Origin: Candidatus Fermentibacteraceae bacterium
GTDB taxonomy: Bacteria; Fermentibacterota; Fermentibacteria; Fermentibacterales; JCC-6
Direction: 5' to 3'
DNA: 64,000 nucleotides
Assembly (NCBI GenBank): GCA_041750285.1
Contig: JBGSZS010000018.1
Span: forward strand, 64,048 to 128,047
In this document: positions 1 to 8,912 of the stretch, one piece after another
Position numbering within the stretch: the stretch's first letter is position 1
Layout: the number at the start of each line of letters is the position of its first letter
Position numbers and translations under genes: made by a program
The notes under the pieces: model-generated
Databases searched by the model: none
Seen by the model: the letters and a program-made list of their open reading frames with translations, nothing else
What the model was told of the DNA's origin: nothing

Positions 1-1480
1 CCTCGGGGTTGTACTGATCCTGAAGACCCGTCGAGAGAAGCACGTGGTCAACGACCTCACCCGCCGGGTCACCGCGGGAAACCATCCGGGCCGCCCCGGA
101 AAGGAAGGCTCCAAGTTCCCTGAGAGCGGTTCCACCCCTCGCCGTTATCCCGGGCCAGTCCGATGCCCGGGAAAGGGCTGTCAGGCAGTCGACACCCTCC
201 CTGTAGAAGTTCAGGAAGAAACTCTCCTCGCCCTTTTTCCCAACCCCCCTGGCGGGTTTGTTGATGATCCGGGAAAGGCTTTCCCCATCCCTGGGGTTGA
301 CCAGAATCCTCAGGTAACTCACAAGGTCCTTGATCTCCTCGCGTTCGAAGAAACGCTGGGCGCCAACCACCTCGTATGCCACCCCGCACCTCCTGCAGGC
401 GGCCTCGAACTCCCGGGACTGGGCGTTGGTCCTGTAAAGCACGGCCATGCGTGAAAGGGGTGTGCCCGAGGACTGGAAGGCAAGTGCCGTCCTCACGCTC
501 CACTCCGCCTCGTCCAGGGGGGAGGCGACGGGCTGCACCCTGACTGGCTCACCCATCTCCAGGACCGGAACGAGTGTCTTGCCGTGCCGGTTCGTGTTGT
601 TCGCAACGAGCGCATCGGCGGCCCTCAGTATGTTGCCGGTCGAACGGTAGTTGGTCTCCAGCCTGACTATCTTCGTCCCGGGAAAGTCCTCTGGAAAGTC
701 GAGGATGTTCGACACCCTGGCCCCCCGCCACCCGTAGATGGCCTGGTCATCGTCGCCGACAACCGTCACACAGGTCGAATCTCCCGCAAGGGTCTTCAGT
801 ATCAGGTGCTGAACGAGGTTGGTGTCCTGGTATTCGTCCACAAGGATTCTCAGGAACTTCGAACGGTAGTAGTCCCTGATGTCATTATTTTGACGAAGAC
901 CTTCGAGAGTGTATGTCAACAAATCGTCGAAATCGAAAGCCCTGTTTTCCGACAGTGTTTTCTGGTAGGCGGCGTAAACATTCGCCATCGCTTCCTGCCG
1001 ACCGGTAACCGCTTCCTCGAGAGACTGTTCTGGCGGGACAAGGTCGCTTTTCCTCTCCGATATCCATGACAGGGCCGCGGAGACCGTTATCCCTCCCGGA
1101 GGCGCGAGCCTCTTCAGAATCTTCCTGAGAAGGGCCTTCTGGTCTGATGCGTCGTAGACCGTGCAGTTGTCGGCGTATCCCAGGCGGCCGGCTTCCCTTC
1201 GCAGGAACCAGAGGCAGGTCGAGTGAAACGTGCCCATCCTGGGCAGGTCGCGCCCGCCGAGCATCTCCGACACCCTTCTGCCCATCTCCCGGGCGGCCTT
1301 GTTCGTGAAGGTCATGGCAAGGATGTTCCCCGGCTTCACCTTTCCCTCTCGAAGCAGGCGTGCGATCTTGGCAGTGAGCACCCTTGTCTTGCCGCTGCCC
1401 GCGCCGGCGAGGACGAGAAGGTGTCCCTCGTCGTACTCCACGGCTTCCTTCTGCCGGGGGTTCAGGTGAAGCTCAATCAT
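1..1480 (-). CDS. UvrD/PcrA/Rep-family ATP-dependent DNA helicase; N-terminal ~493 aa, C-terminus lies beyond the window edge
   Basis: Reverse translation from the ATG at 1478-1480 gives MIELHLNPRQKEAVEYDEGHLLVLAGAGSGKTRVLTAKIARLLREGKVKPGNILAMTFTNKAA, with a Walker A GAGSGKT motif. The frame stays open to position 1, so it is missing from the supplied ORF track. The listed ORFs in 1-1480 are out-of-frame overlaps. Confidence 0.85.
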   Translation of the reverse strand, partial: MIELHLNPRQKEAVEYDEGHLLVLAGAGSGKTRVLTAKIARLLREGKVKPGNILAMTFTNKAAREMGRRVSEMLGGRDLPRMGTFHSTCLWFLRREAGRLGYADNCTVYDASDQKALLRKILKRLAPPGGITVSAALSWISERKSDLVPPEQSLEEAVTGRQEAMANVYAAYQKTLSENRAFDFDDLLTYTLEGLRQNNDIRDYYRSKFLRILVDEYQDTNLVQHLILKTLAGDSTCVTVVGDDDQAIYGWRGARVSNILDFPEDFPGTKIVRLETNYRSTGNILRAADALVANNTNRHGKTLVPVLEMGEPVRVQPVASPLDEAEWSVRTALAFQSSGTPLSRMAVLYRTNAQSREFEAACRRCGVAYEVVGAQRFFEREEIKDLVSYLRILVNPRDGESLSRIINKPARGVGKKGEESFFLNFYREGVDCLTALSRASDWPGITARGGTALRELGAFLSGAARMVSRGDPAGEVVDHVLLSTGLQDQYNPE

Positions 1481-1804
1481 TTGGCATCCTTTTTGCTTTC
1501 ATTCTCAACGCGTTTGGTTGTGCACTGTATCTGGTTGTTTGTTTCAATGTTACCCTTGCAGAACCCACATTGGGAGGAACTGCAGAATGTACACCCCCGG
1601 GCTGAAAAGCTGGCTGGTCCTCGCCCTTTCGGGCGCGGTGGTTCCAGTGCTCGTTTCCCTGCTGTTCTCGGCCTGATCCCCTCCCAGGCCGGTTAACGGG
1701 GAACCTGGCAATTTTCGGTCCGGATCCGCGGGCGGCTGGTCAACCCCTCCAGCCGCCCGTACCCGTTTATACAAAAAAAAGTCGCCCATGGGAAAAATGC
1801 TTTT

Positions 1805-1820
1805 TGGCAACAATTTTGCT
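1805..1820 (+). promoter_or_regulatory. sigma54 (RpoN) -24/-12-like element, TGGCAA-N5-TTTGCT
   Basis: tTGGCAacaatTTTGCt, with GG at 1806-1807 and GC at 1818-1819 and the canonical 10-nt spacing between them. It sits in a low-GC intergenic stretch. No plus-strand CDS follows it. Confidence 0.3.
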
Positions 1821-1957
1821 TAGGTATTGGATGAACGATGAAATGGGTCCAGGCTCCGCCACCCTTAGCAGGGTGAACAAGCAGGTCTGAAAGAGAATGG
1901 AATGGATCCCCTCCCCATTCCGGACCGGTTGACAGGCTTGAGGAGTCGGGGCGGACA

Positions 1958-1992
1958 GGCGGCCGGTTACCCCTCCGGCCGCCTTAACTTTT
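1958..1992 (+). terminator. Rho-independent terminator-like hairpin (9-bp perfect GC stem, 8-nt loop) followed by TTAACTTTT
   Basis: ggcggccgg (1958-1966), loop ttacccct, ccggccgcc (1975-1983), then ttaactttt. The deoC stop codon at 1967-1969 lies in the loop, so the hairpin may act in both directions. Confidence 0.45.
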
Positions 1993-2629
1993 GCAAGATC
2001 ATCACGCCCGAGCTGGTGCCGATAATGGAGGCTCCCGCGGCCAGCATGGCGAGAACCGCCCCGGGTGTCCTGATGCCGCCCGATGCTTTCACATGAACTC
2101 CGGAGCCAACCGTTCTGCGAAGCAGCGCGACATCGGCCACGGTGGCGCCACCGGAACCGAAGCCGGTGGAGGTCTTCACGCAGAAGGCGCCGGCTTCCAC
2201 GGCCAGACCGCATGCAATGACCTTCTCTTCATCTGTGAGAAGGCAGGTTTCGAGTATGATCTTCACGGGCACCCCGGCCGACCCTGCGATCTGTCTCAGA
2301 AGCGAGGACACCTCCCGTACTGCTCCATCCTTCAGATGTCCCAGCGGGATCACGGCGTCGATCTCGCGTGCCCCGTGCGAAACCGCAAGTTCGACCTCAC
2401 GCGGGGTGGCCGGACCCGAACCGAGGGGGAACCCGGCGACCGAGCAGACCAGGGGGCCTTCCTTCCCGAGGATCGACGAAGCCAGAGCCACCCGGCACGG
2501 GTTAACGCAAACCGACCTGAACCCGTACTGAACTGCCTCGCGGCAATAACGCTCAACATCCCCGGATGTCGCATCGGGTCGAAGCAGCGTGTGGTCGATC
2601 CTGCCGGGAATGTCCCCCGGGTCGGTCAC
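1967..2629 (-). CDS. deoC: deoxyribose-phosphate aldolase
   Basis: IDHTLLRPDATSGDVERYCREAVQYGFRSVCVNP...VKASGGIR is a typical DeoC. The start is trimmed to the GTG at 2627-2629, which overlaps the upstream stop in a GTGA junction. The N-terminal extension of the long ORF is junk. Confidence 0.8.
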   Translation of the reverse strand: MTDPGDIPGRIDHTLLRPDATSGDVERYCREAVQYGFRSVCVNPCRVALASSILGKEGPLVCSVAGFPLGSGPATPREVELAVSHGAREIDAVIPLGHLKDGAVREVSSLLRQIAGSAGVPVKIILETCLLTDEEKVIACGLAVEAGAFCVKTSTGFGSGGATVADVALLRRTVGSGVHVKASGGIRTPGAVLAMLAAGASIIGTSSGVMILQKLRRPEG

Positions 2630-3930
2630 AGGCTCTGCCTGACGAAAACGAACACCGTTTCCCTCGCGGAGACACGAACAGGAGCATGGGAGGAAGCCCG
2701 TCCGTTGACCGTTATGCCAACGGGCCAGGTTCCTTCCGGAACCACGACCCTTGCAACATGGATCTGCGCCGGCATGGTAAGCCACGCCCTGAGGTCGGCC
2801 CTGTCGGTAACCGCACCCACGATGCTCAAAACAAGGCCCACTGCGTCACCAACCCTGGCGTCGCCGCTGGCCTCTTCGGCTATCCCCTCGCCAAGCTCGG
2901 AAACACCCGCCTTCACTGCGGTCCTTGCGGCCGCCCTTAGAACGTCGCGTCCCGCATGATCCTGAAGGTTCTGCCTGGCAAGCGCGTTCATGTCCTGCAC
3001 GAGGAAGAATGGTTCCCTGTTCCCGGCAACCTCGGCCGTGGCGGTCACTGAACGCCTTGGGCGTTCGGATATTGCCGGCAGTGAGATGTTGAACACGCGG
3101 TCGTCGGTGACCACGGAATAGCTTTCCTCGTGCCGTGTCGCGATGCTTCCCGCCTCGAGCACGAGAACGATCTCGCCCATGCCGGCGCCGGATGGCGTGT
3201 TCCCGGTGTCGAGGCCGGGCCACCGTTCAGTGTACTCGGAGAGCAGGCTTTCGTAGCCCGTGGCCCTGGCAAGGCGCAAAAGATCGACCTTGAGCCTGTC
3301 GGGCACGGGTACGCCGTAGTTCCGGGCGTAGTCGCCCTCGTAGATCTGAAGCGCCAGCCGGTAGCTCACCAGGGCATCGGAAAGCTCTCCGTCCGCTTCA
3401 TACAGCATCCCCATGAAGTAGCGGATGAAGGCATCGTCAATGTACCTGTTGGGGTTCTCGCCGTAGTCGGAGTTGAACACGCGAAGTTTCTGGTTGACCC
3501 TTCGAGCCTCGACCAGGGCGTTCTCGTAGTCTCCCGTGGAGGCGAAACTCGCTGCAAGGGCATAGTTGATGAACACCTTTTCGTAGTCGGCGCCCCTGAA
3601 CTCCCTGGCAAGGTCGCTGGTGAGCAGGGCTGCCGCCTCCTGATCGAAAGCTGTGCCCCTCTGGTTGTCGCTGATGCTCTCCGCCCTCAGAAGAGCAGCC
3701 CTGGCAACCTGTTGGGCTCCGGCGTATCGGGCCAGGTTGCCAAGCTCCATCAGATAGAGAAGCCTGTCCCGGCCCGTGGAGTCGGGGAAAACCTGTCTGA
3801 GGCGGACCATTGCCTGCTGGGGCTGGTACGAATCGAGCATTCCCACCACGGGACGGATCGTTCCGGTATACCCCGCAGCGCACGCCAGCCCCAGCAGAAC
3901 GGTGGAGAAAGCCAGAAGCCTTCTTACCAC
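2626..3930 (-). CDS. exported TPR-like protein of unknown function (434 aa), partner of the LpoB-like lipoprotein
   Basis: N-terminal signal peptide MVRRLLAFSTVLLGLACA-AG. The central region has TPR-like helical repeats (YENALVEARRVNQKL, LALQIYEGDYARNYG). It overlaps the upstream gene by 7 nt and deoC by 4 nt. Confidence 0.6.
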   Translation of the reverse strand: MVRRLLAFSTVLLGLACAAGYTGTIRPVVGMLDSYQPQQAMVRLRQVFPDSTGRDRLLYLMELGNLARYAGAQQVARAALLRAESISDNQRGTAFDQEAAALLTSDLAREFRGADYEKVFINYALAASFASTGDYENALVEARRVNQKLRVFNSDYGENPNRYIDDAFIRYFMGMLYEADGELSDALVSYRLALQIYEGDYARNYGVPVPDRLKVDLLRLARATGYESLLSEYTERWPGLDTGNTPSGAGMGEIVLVLEAGSIATRHEESYSVVTDDRVFNISLPAISERPRRSVTATAEVAGNREPFFLVQDMNALARQNLQDHAGRDVLRAAARTAVKAGVSELGEGIAEEASGDARVGDAVGLVLSIVGAVTDRADLRAWLTMPAQIHVARVVVPEGTWPVGITVNGRASSHAPVRVSARETVFVFVRQSL

Positions 3931-4538
3931 TCGATGATCTTCTTTATCTCGGTGGAACCCATCCAGACCTTGAGAGCGGTCTCGACGCTTACGAGTTCCA
4001 GGTTGACCTGATAGTAGACCGCACGGACATCGCCCTCCTGGTCTTCGACCGAATTCACGGTTCCAACCATGACAAAGTCGGCCCCGACTTCCCGGCCGAA
4101 CTGCGCAGCGGTTTCGGGGGAAGCGAAGATGGACTGGTCGCGGCGTTCCTGGCGGACCTCCTCACGTTCCCGGCCCCCGGCTGCGATCTGCACCCTGCCG
4201 CTGTTCAGAAGTGCCCTCTCGATGTCGCTCATGAAAACATCGGTGTTGATGTGCTCGAGGCTCTGATTGCGGACACCGCCGACAACGACAACCGGCTGGG
4301 CGGGCACTCCCCGCGCCTCCTCGCCCCTGTAGGTCACGTTGAGCCAGGTGCCGGCCATGCACTGGGCGACCATGGAGTCGGCGACGATGCGAGAGTCGGT
4401 GTCGTTCCAGCGGCCGCTGAGGTCTGTCTGGGTTCCGGGATCGGTGCGTGTCACGGTCCTGCCTCCGCACCCCGCCAAAAGAGCAACCAGAGCTGCCGCT
4501 ACAAGAAGCTTTTTCAAGGTTACACCCCTTTCATTCAT
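3924..4538 (-). CDS. LpoB/CsgG-like lipoprotein (COG3417-type)
   Basis: The internal start gives MNERGVTLKKLLVAAALVALLAGCGG with a perfect LAGC lipobox. PVVVVGGVRNQSLEHINTDVFMSDIERALLNSGRVQIA and ADFVMVGTVNSVEDQEGDVRAVYYQVNLELVSVETALKVWMGSTEIKKI match the LpoB/CsgG-family pattern. This is recalled from memory and was not searched. Confidence 0.55.
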   Translation of the reverse strand: MNERGVTLKKLLVAAALVALLAGCGGRTVTRTDPGTQTDLSGRWNDTDSRIVADSMVAQCMAGTWLNVTYRGEEARGVPAQPVVVVGGVRNQSLEHINTDVFMSDIERALLNSGRVQIAAGGREREEVRQERRDQSIFASPETAAQFGREVGADFVMVGTVNSVEDQEGDVRAVYYQVNLELVSVETALKVWMGSTEIKKIIEW

Positions 4539-5328
4539 GGCCCGGAAGGTCGATGGCCCCCCGGAAGATAACATTGAAGTAACCCGTGTCACGGCCTGTC
4601 CCCGTGACAATGGGAACAGGCAGTGGCTTGAAGATCATGATGCATGGATCACCGGCTTCGGGCATGGCGATGGAGGGGTCGCCACCAAGGGGCGTGTGGG
4701 TGAGCTCCCACATCACCCTTTCCTCTTCCGTGCTGTAGCCCGCGAACATCGCCTGCCTGCCGAGCGCTCCAAGTATGTCTCCAAGGCTTGTCTCGAGAAG
4801 GTTCGCGTAGAGCTGCATCTCGTTGAAGGCGTTGAAGGGCTGGATGAGGCCAAGTTGAGCGGCTGCATGTATCTCGGCAAGGGTGGGCAGTCGTGCGCCC
4901 CGGGATGAAAGGTACCACTGGGCGCCCGTCCAGGTGAAGGCGGCCGCGGGCCGGTCAAGGCAGACCGCCGGCACGGAGTACTCGGAAGTCGCAGTGGCCA
5001 CGAAGGGCGTAAACGCAAGGAAGTGGCCGCTGTCGCTGTACTGGCCCGTGATGACCGAGGCCAGCACCTGCCCGTCACGGCAGTTCTGCCCGAGCCAGGG
5101 AAGAACGTCGCGGTACGCCACCGGCAGCGAATCGATGAAGAAAGCGCCGACCTGCACGGTGTCACCCTGAACCACCACGCTCGATGCGGGCACGTATACC
5201 ATCCCGGGCGGCGGCAGGGGAAGTCCGCAAACGCTGCAGCTGTTTTCGGTCTGTTCGGCGCCGCATGCTGGACACGTCCAGGCGGCAGCGGAGAAGGCCA
5301 GAATCAGAAGGGCCCGGAGGGCGTTCAA
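4531..5328 (-). CDS. secreted FGE-sulfatase/DUF1566-like (C-type-lectin-fold) domain protein
   Basis: Signal peptide MNALRALLILAFSAAAW. The YLSSRGARLPTLAEIHAAAQLG motif resembles the RLPTxxE signature shared by the formylglycine-generating-enzyme and DUF1566 families. The C-terminus has an FRG motif. It overlaps yhhQ by 4 nt. Confidence 0.45.
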   Translation of the reverse strand: MNALRALLILAFSAAAWTCPACGAEQTENSCSVCGLPLPPPGMVYVPASSVVVQGDTVQVGAFFIDSLPVAYRDVLPWLGQNCRDGQVLASVITGQYSDSGHFLAFTPFVATATSEYSVPAVCLDRPAAAFTWTGAQWYLSSRGARLPTLAEIHAAAQLGLIQPFNAFNEMQLYANLLETSLGDILGALGRQAMFAGYSTEEERVMWELTHTPLGGDPSIAMPEAGDPCIMIFKPLPVPIVTGTGRDTGYFNVIFRGAIDLPGHE

Positions 5329-6020
5329 ACCTTTTCACCTCCCTTTGCGGCGATCCTTCTTCCCATGTAGATGAACGGAGTGTCGAAGGCTGCCACAATG
5401 AACTTGATCACGTAAGTGGAAACCAGAACGTCAATGAATACCCGTTTTTCAAGAACTCCCCAGAAGGCGATCCCGCAGAAGATCACCGTGTCGATGAGCT
5501 GGCTGACCATGGTGGACAGGTTGTTGCGAAGCCAGAGGTGCCTGCCCTTCGAAAGCCTCCTGATGTGGTTGTAGGCCCAGACATCGTGGAACTGGCTCAC
5601 AAGGTATGCGGCTATGCTCGCCAGGGCGAGACGAGGCATGAAACCGAAAAGAAGCTTCATTGCGCCGTTCACCTCCATGGCCCATGGGTCCTGCGCCGGC
5701 GAGAACAGAAGCGCCACCTGCATCACGACGGTCATCGCGATCATGCTCACAAAACCGGCGATGACGGCCCTGCGGGCCTCGGCGGGGCCGTAAACCTCGT
5801 TCAGTAGGTCAGTGGCGAAGAAGATGACCCCGTAGAGGATGTTGCCCAGGGTGACTGTGAAGCCGAACAGGGTCGTGAGTTTCATGACCTCGAGGTTGCA
5901 CAGGATGACGGCCGACGCCACCAGGGCGATAAGCCCGGTTTTCCCGCCGGACCGGAATACCAGCAGAGTGGCCGAAAGCATGGCGAAAAGGCTGATGAAC
6001 CAGAGTACTTCGTTGCCCAT
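5325..6020 (-). CDS. yhhQ: queuosine precursor transporter (YhhQ/DUF165 family)
   Basis: Polytopic membrane protein. LGNILYGVIFFATDLLNEVYG matches the conserved YhhQ motif. Confidence 0.75.
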   Translation of the reverse strand: MGNEVLWFISLFAMLSATLLVFRSGGKTGLIALVASAVILCNLEVMKLTTLFGFTVTLGNILYGVIFFATDLLNEVYGPAEARRAVIAGFVSMIAMTVVMQVALLFSPAQDPWAMEVNGAMKLLFGFMPRLALASIAAYLVSQFHDVWAYNHIRRLSKGRHLWLRNNLSTMVSQLIDTVIFCGIAFWGVLEKRVFIDVLVSTYVIKFIVAAFDTPFIYMGRRIAAKGGEKV

Positions 6021-8860
6021 CAGAACTCGGCACCGAGAGTCACATAGTGTTCGGGCTTCTCGCTCACACCGTTGAGGTCGGTTCTCCAGGCGCAGTCCCA
6101 GAGGAAGACGAACAGGCCGAGGTTGAACCTGAGGCCAAAACCGAACCCCATCTTCAGGTCGTTGAGCCTGAACCCGCCGTCGGTCCTCACTGCCCTGAAG
6201 GCGCCCACATCATCGGTGGCCCCGCCTATGTCCGTGAAGATAACCCCCCTGCCTCCGGTCACCGTCAGCGGTATCGGGGCGGCAAGGCTCAACTGGTCGA
6301 CAAAGGGGTATCGGAGCTCGAGGGAGCCCAAAGCGTACCTTGTTCCGTTGTACTCCACGTAGTCGAAGCCCCGCAGCAGGTCTGAGTAGCTCGTGTAGAA
6401 CCCGAAAAGGTCCTCCACACCCTGAACGTCGCCGACGCTCCTGCGGTGTGGGATGGCTCCGCCGAGGAAGAACCTTTGAGGGTCCTCGCCAAAGCTGGCA
6501 CCGGCCGCCAGCCTGGTGGCAATGGTGACCTGGCCCGAAACCCAGGTGTAGTTCCTGATGTCGCCCTGGATGGTTGTGTAACCGGCGTTTTCCCAGAAGC
6601 CGGGGGCCCAGTCCGCCGAGAGGGACATCCTGCTTCCAACCCTGGGTCCCGTTGCCCCCCAGAGAGCGTTGTCGAGAACAAGCCTTCCGCTGAAGGCGAG
6701 TATGTTCTCGCGGAGGTTGATGTCGGTGGACCAGAGCCCCTCCCTGTCCAGCCTTCGGTACCCCACCCCAAGCGAGGCCCTGAGGGAACGGGTGAAGGGG
6801 TAACGCAGTTCCAGCCCCGTTCCTATCTCGGTGTCCCTCACGTAGTCGTTCTCTTCGCTCTGGGTGTCGGTGAACCGGTACCGTGTGGCAAGACGGTACA
6901 GCGACACGCCGTACTGAACCCTGCCCTCCATGTTGGAGTAGAAGCACCCCGCGTCGACATCGCTGACTTCACCGTTGAGATCGGCAAGGATCGCAAGCTG
7001 GTGCCTTGCGAGAATGTCGCTGAAAATGAACTGCGAGTACCCCGCAAGCCCGGCGTAGCTGTCAAAACCGGCTGTGGCACTCACGTAGTCGAGGCTCAGG
7101 CCAGGATCGTAGGGTGAGATCCGCCACGTGCCCGGGGTTGCCAGCGTTGTCTCGACGATGCCGGAGTCGGGGGGCGCGGGAACGGGAGGTGATTCGGGTT
7201 CGCTTCCGGCCCTCTGTGAAAGGTTGCGGGTCAGGAATATCCCGCCTCCGCTCCAGTCCGATGAGTAGAACATTGAAAGCCCGGTGTCGGATGCCCTGGA
7301 AAGGGCGGAGGGGGTTCTGTAGAGGTTGCTTATCCGGGTTACCTCCCCGGTTTCAGCGGACAGGAGGTGGAAATTGGCTCCGCTGCCGGTGTTCATTATG
7401 AACACAACACCCTCGGGGTACGAGACCGGGTTCCGCAGGGAGAAAGGTGTCTCGTAGAGAAGACGGGGGGATTCGCCGGGGAACACTGCGTTCAGTGTGT
7501 AGATCCTGCCGTTCTCCCTTTCTCCCACATAAAGGATGCCCTGGTCGCCCCACCAGAGGTCGCGGGGACTGTCGCCGCCGTCCGTTATCCTTTCGACGGC
7601 TCCGGTTGCGGTGTTCCACAGGTAGATGTCCAGAACCCCTTCACTCATCGCGCTGAAGGCAACACGGCCCCCGTCCGGGGACCATGCCGGGTCGCGGACA
7701 AGCTGAAACTCTACGGGAAGGGCAAGCTCGCCGCCCCCTATGCCCCTTATCAGAAGGCCGTCGGCGTACTGGCCCTGAACCGCGACGGCCACTGAATCCG
7801 ACCCCGGGGAGAAGGCGCCTGTGCGGAACATGGGTGAAGGGCTGGTCTCGTTAAGACCTGCACCGCTGACGGGTCTGAGTATCTCCCTTCCGTCGGCCGT
7901 GCTTCTGACAACCGAAGAGAACCTTCCCCTGTGAAACTCCACGCCCGATGTCATGGCCCCGTCGGGGGAGATCACCGGCTCTGCGAGGACCACTCTCCTG
8001 CGGCCCCTGCTTCCGTCACGGATTATGGGGGTTCCGATGTCGGAGGGGCTCTCTCCTTCGGAAACGGGAGCCCAGTAGGTTTCGCGGGCCCATTCGATGA
8101 ACCGTTCGCTGAACTGCTCGACCGACATGTCGAAGGCGGCCCTGACGGCCCCCTGAAGGCCGTCGTTGTCCCTCAGGTGTCTTACGAAATCGATGTAACG
8201 GTCTTCGCCGTACCTGTCAACCATGAACTTGTAGATGGCCTGACCCTGCCGGTAGACAAGGTAGTCGCTTCGCACGGAGAGCTGCTGGATGGGGACGATC
8301 TGGTTCGCTATGACCATGTCGCGGAACTCGGACTCGCTGTCGATGTCCCACCCCTGAGACGTGTATTCCGCAAGCCCCTCGAGGGTCCAGAGAGGGGCCT
8401 TGCTCCGGACTATCCCATACAGGCTGCGGTCGTAAAGCATGTCGTACACGAAGGCGTGGTTGATCTCGTGTTCCAGCACATGGCGGTACTCGCTGTACAC
8501 ACCAGCGTAGGGAACGACGACCCTGCCCTTGAAGAACTCGGTGAAACCGCCGACCCCCTCGCCGATCTCGCCGCTGATGACCGAGGTCTGGCGGAACCTT
8601 CCCGGCGACCTGTAAACGATGACAGGGATGGGCTCGGAGGGCAGGTACTCGAAAGTCGATGAAAGGGCCTGCATTGACCTTTCGCCGATGACGACGGTGC
8701 TCTCCGCGACCTGCTCGGTTCCCTCTTCGTAGTAGACGGTGAACCTGCTTGAATGAAGCTCCCACCAGGGGTTGTCGTGTGTGAAGACCCTGTTCCTGCC
8801 GTAACCGGTCGCAAGGGCCGTGGAAGCCAGAAGCAAAGGAAGAACGCATCTTGCAGCCAT
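6020..8860 (-). CDS. large outer-membrane protein with an N-terminal HExxH (gluzincin-like) domain, TolB-like beta-propeller repeats and a C-terminal Omp85/BamA-family (Bac_surface_Ag) beta-barrel ending in Phe
   Basis: Signal peptide MAARCVLPLLLASTALA. Zinc-binding motif VLEHEINHAF, with EGLAEY downstream. TolB-like repeat PDGGRVAFSA...DIYLW. C-terminal Omp85 motifs QRFFLGG...LRGFDY, SLELRYPF, GRGVIFTDIGG and GFGFGLRF, and the protein ends in ...LGAEF. No POTRA domains are evident. Confidence 0.7.
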   Translation of the reverse strand: MAARCVLPLLLASTALATGYGRNRVFTHDNPWWELHSSRFTVYYEEGTEQVAESTVVIGERSMQALSSTFEYLPSEPIPVIVYRSPGRFRQTSVISGEIGEGVGGFTEFFKGRVVVPYAGVYSEYRHVLEHEINHAFVYDMLYDRSLYGIVRSKAPLWTLEGLAEYTSQGWDIDSESEFRDMVIANQIVPIQQLSVRSDYLVYRQGQAIYKFMVDRYGEDRYIDFVRHLRDNDGLQGAVRAAFDMSVEQFSERFIEWARETYWAPVSEGESPSDIGTPIIRDGSRGRRRVVLAEPVISPDGAMTSGVEFHRGRFSSVVRSTADGREILRPVSGAGLNETSPSPMFRTGAFSPGSDSVAVAVQGQYADGLLIRGIGGGELALPVEFQLVRDPAWSPDGGRVAFSAMSEGVLDIYLWNTATGAVERITDGGDSPRDLWWGDQGILYVGERENGRIYTLNAVFPGESPRLLYETPFSLRNPVSYPEGVVFIMNTGSGANFHLLSAETGEVTRISNLYRTPSALSRASDTGLSMFYSSDWSGGGIFLTRNLSQRAGSEPESPPVPAPPDSGIVETTLATPGTWRISPYDPGLSLDYVSATAGFDSYAGLAGYSQFIFSDILARHQLAILADLNGEVSDVDAGCFYSNMEGRVQYGVSLYRLATRYRFTDTQSEENDYVRDTEIGTGLELRYPFTRSLRASLGVGYRRLDREGLWSTDINLRENILAFSGRLVLDNALWGATGPRVGSRMSLSADWAPGFWENAGYTTIQGDIRNYTWVSGQVTIATRLAAGASFGEDPQRFFLGGAIPHRRSVGDVQGVEDLFGFYTSYSDLLRGFDYVEYNGTRYALGSLELRYPFVDQLSLAAPIPLTVTGGRGVIFTDIGGATDDVGAFRAVRTDGGFRLNDLKMGFGFGLRFNLGLFVFLWDCAWRTDLNGVSEKPEHYVTLGAEF

Positions 8861-8912
8861 TCGGCCCCCCTATATTGTGATTGCCGCAACAAACAACTAT
8901 AGTGCCAGTGGA

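Noticed and set aside
44-1069. Listed ORFs 44..454(+), 69..503(-), 447..650(+), 584..1069(+) and others in the first 1.5 kb
   Set aside because: They all lie inside, and out of frame with, the clearly real UvrD-like helicase gene (minus strand, 1..1480). The ORF track omits that gene because it runs off the window edge. The others are typical high-GC spurious ORFs.
1991-2959. Plus-strand 322-aa ORF
   Set aside because: Antisense to deoC and the 3' end of the TPR-like gene.
3130-4571. Plus-strand ORFs 3130..4011 (293 aa) and 3810..4571 (253 aa)
   Set aside because: They are antisense to the LpoB-like and TPR-like lipoprotein genes, which have signal peptides, lipoboxes and tight operon overlaps. 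The plus-strand ORFs have no recognisable features.
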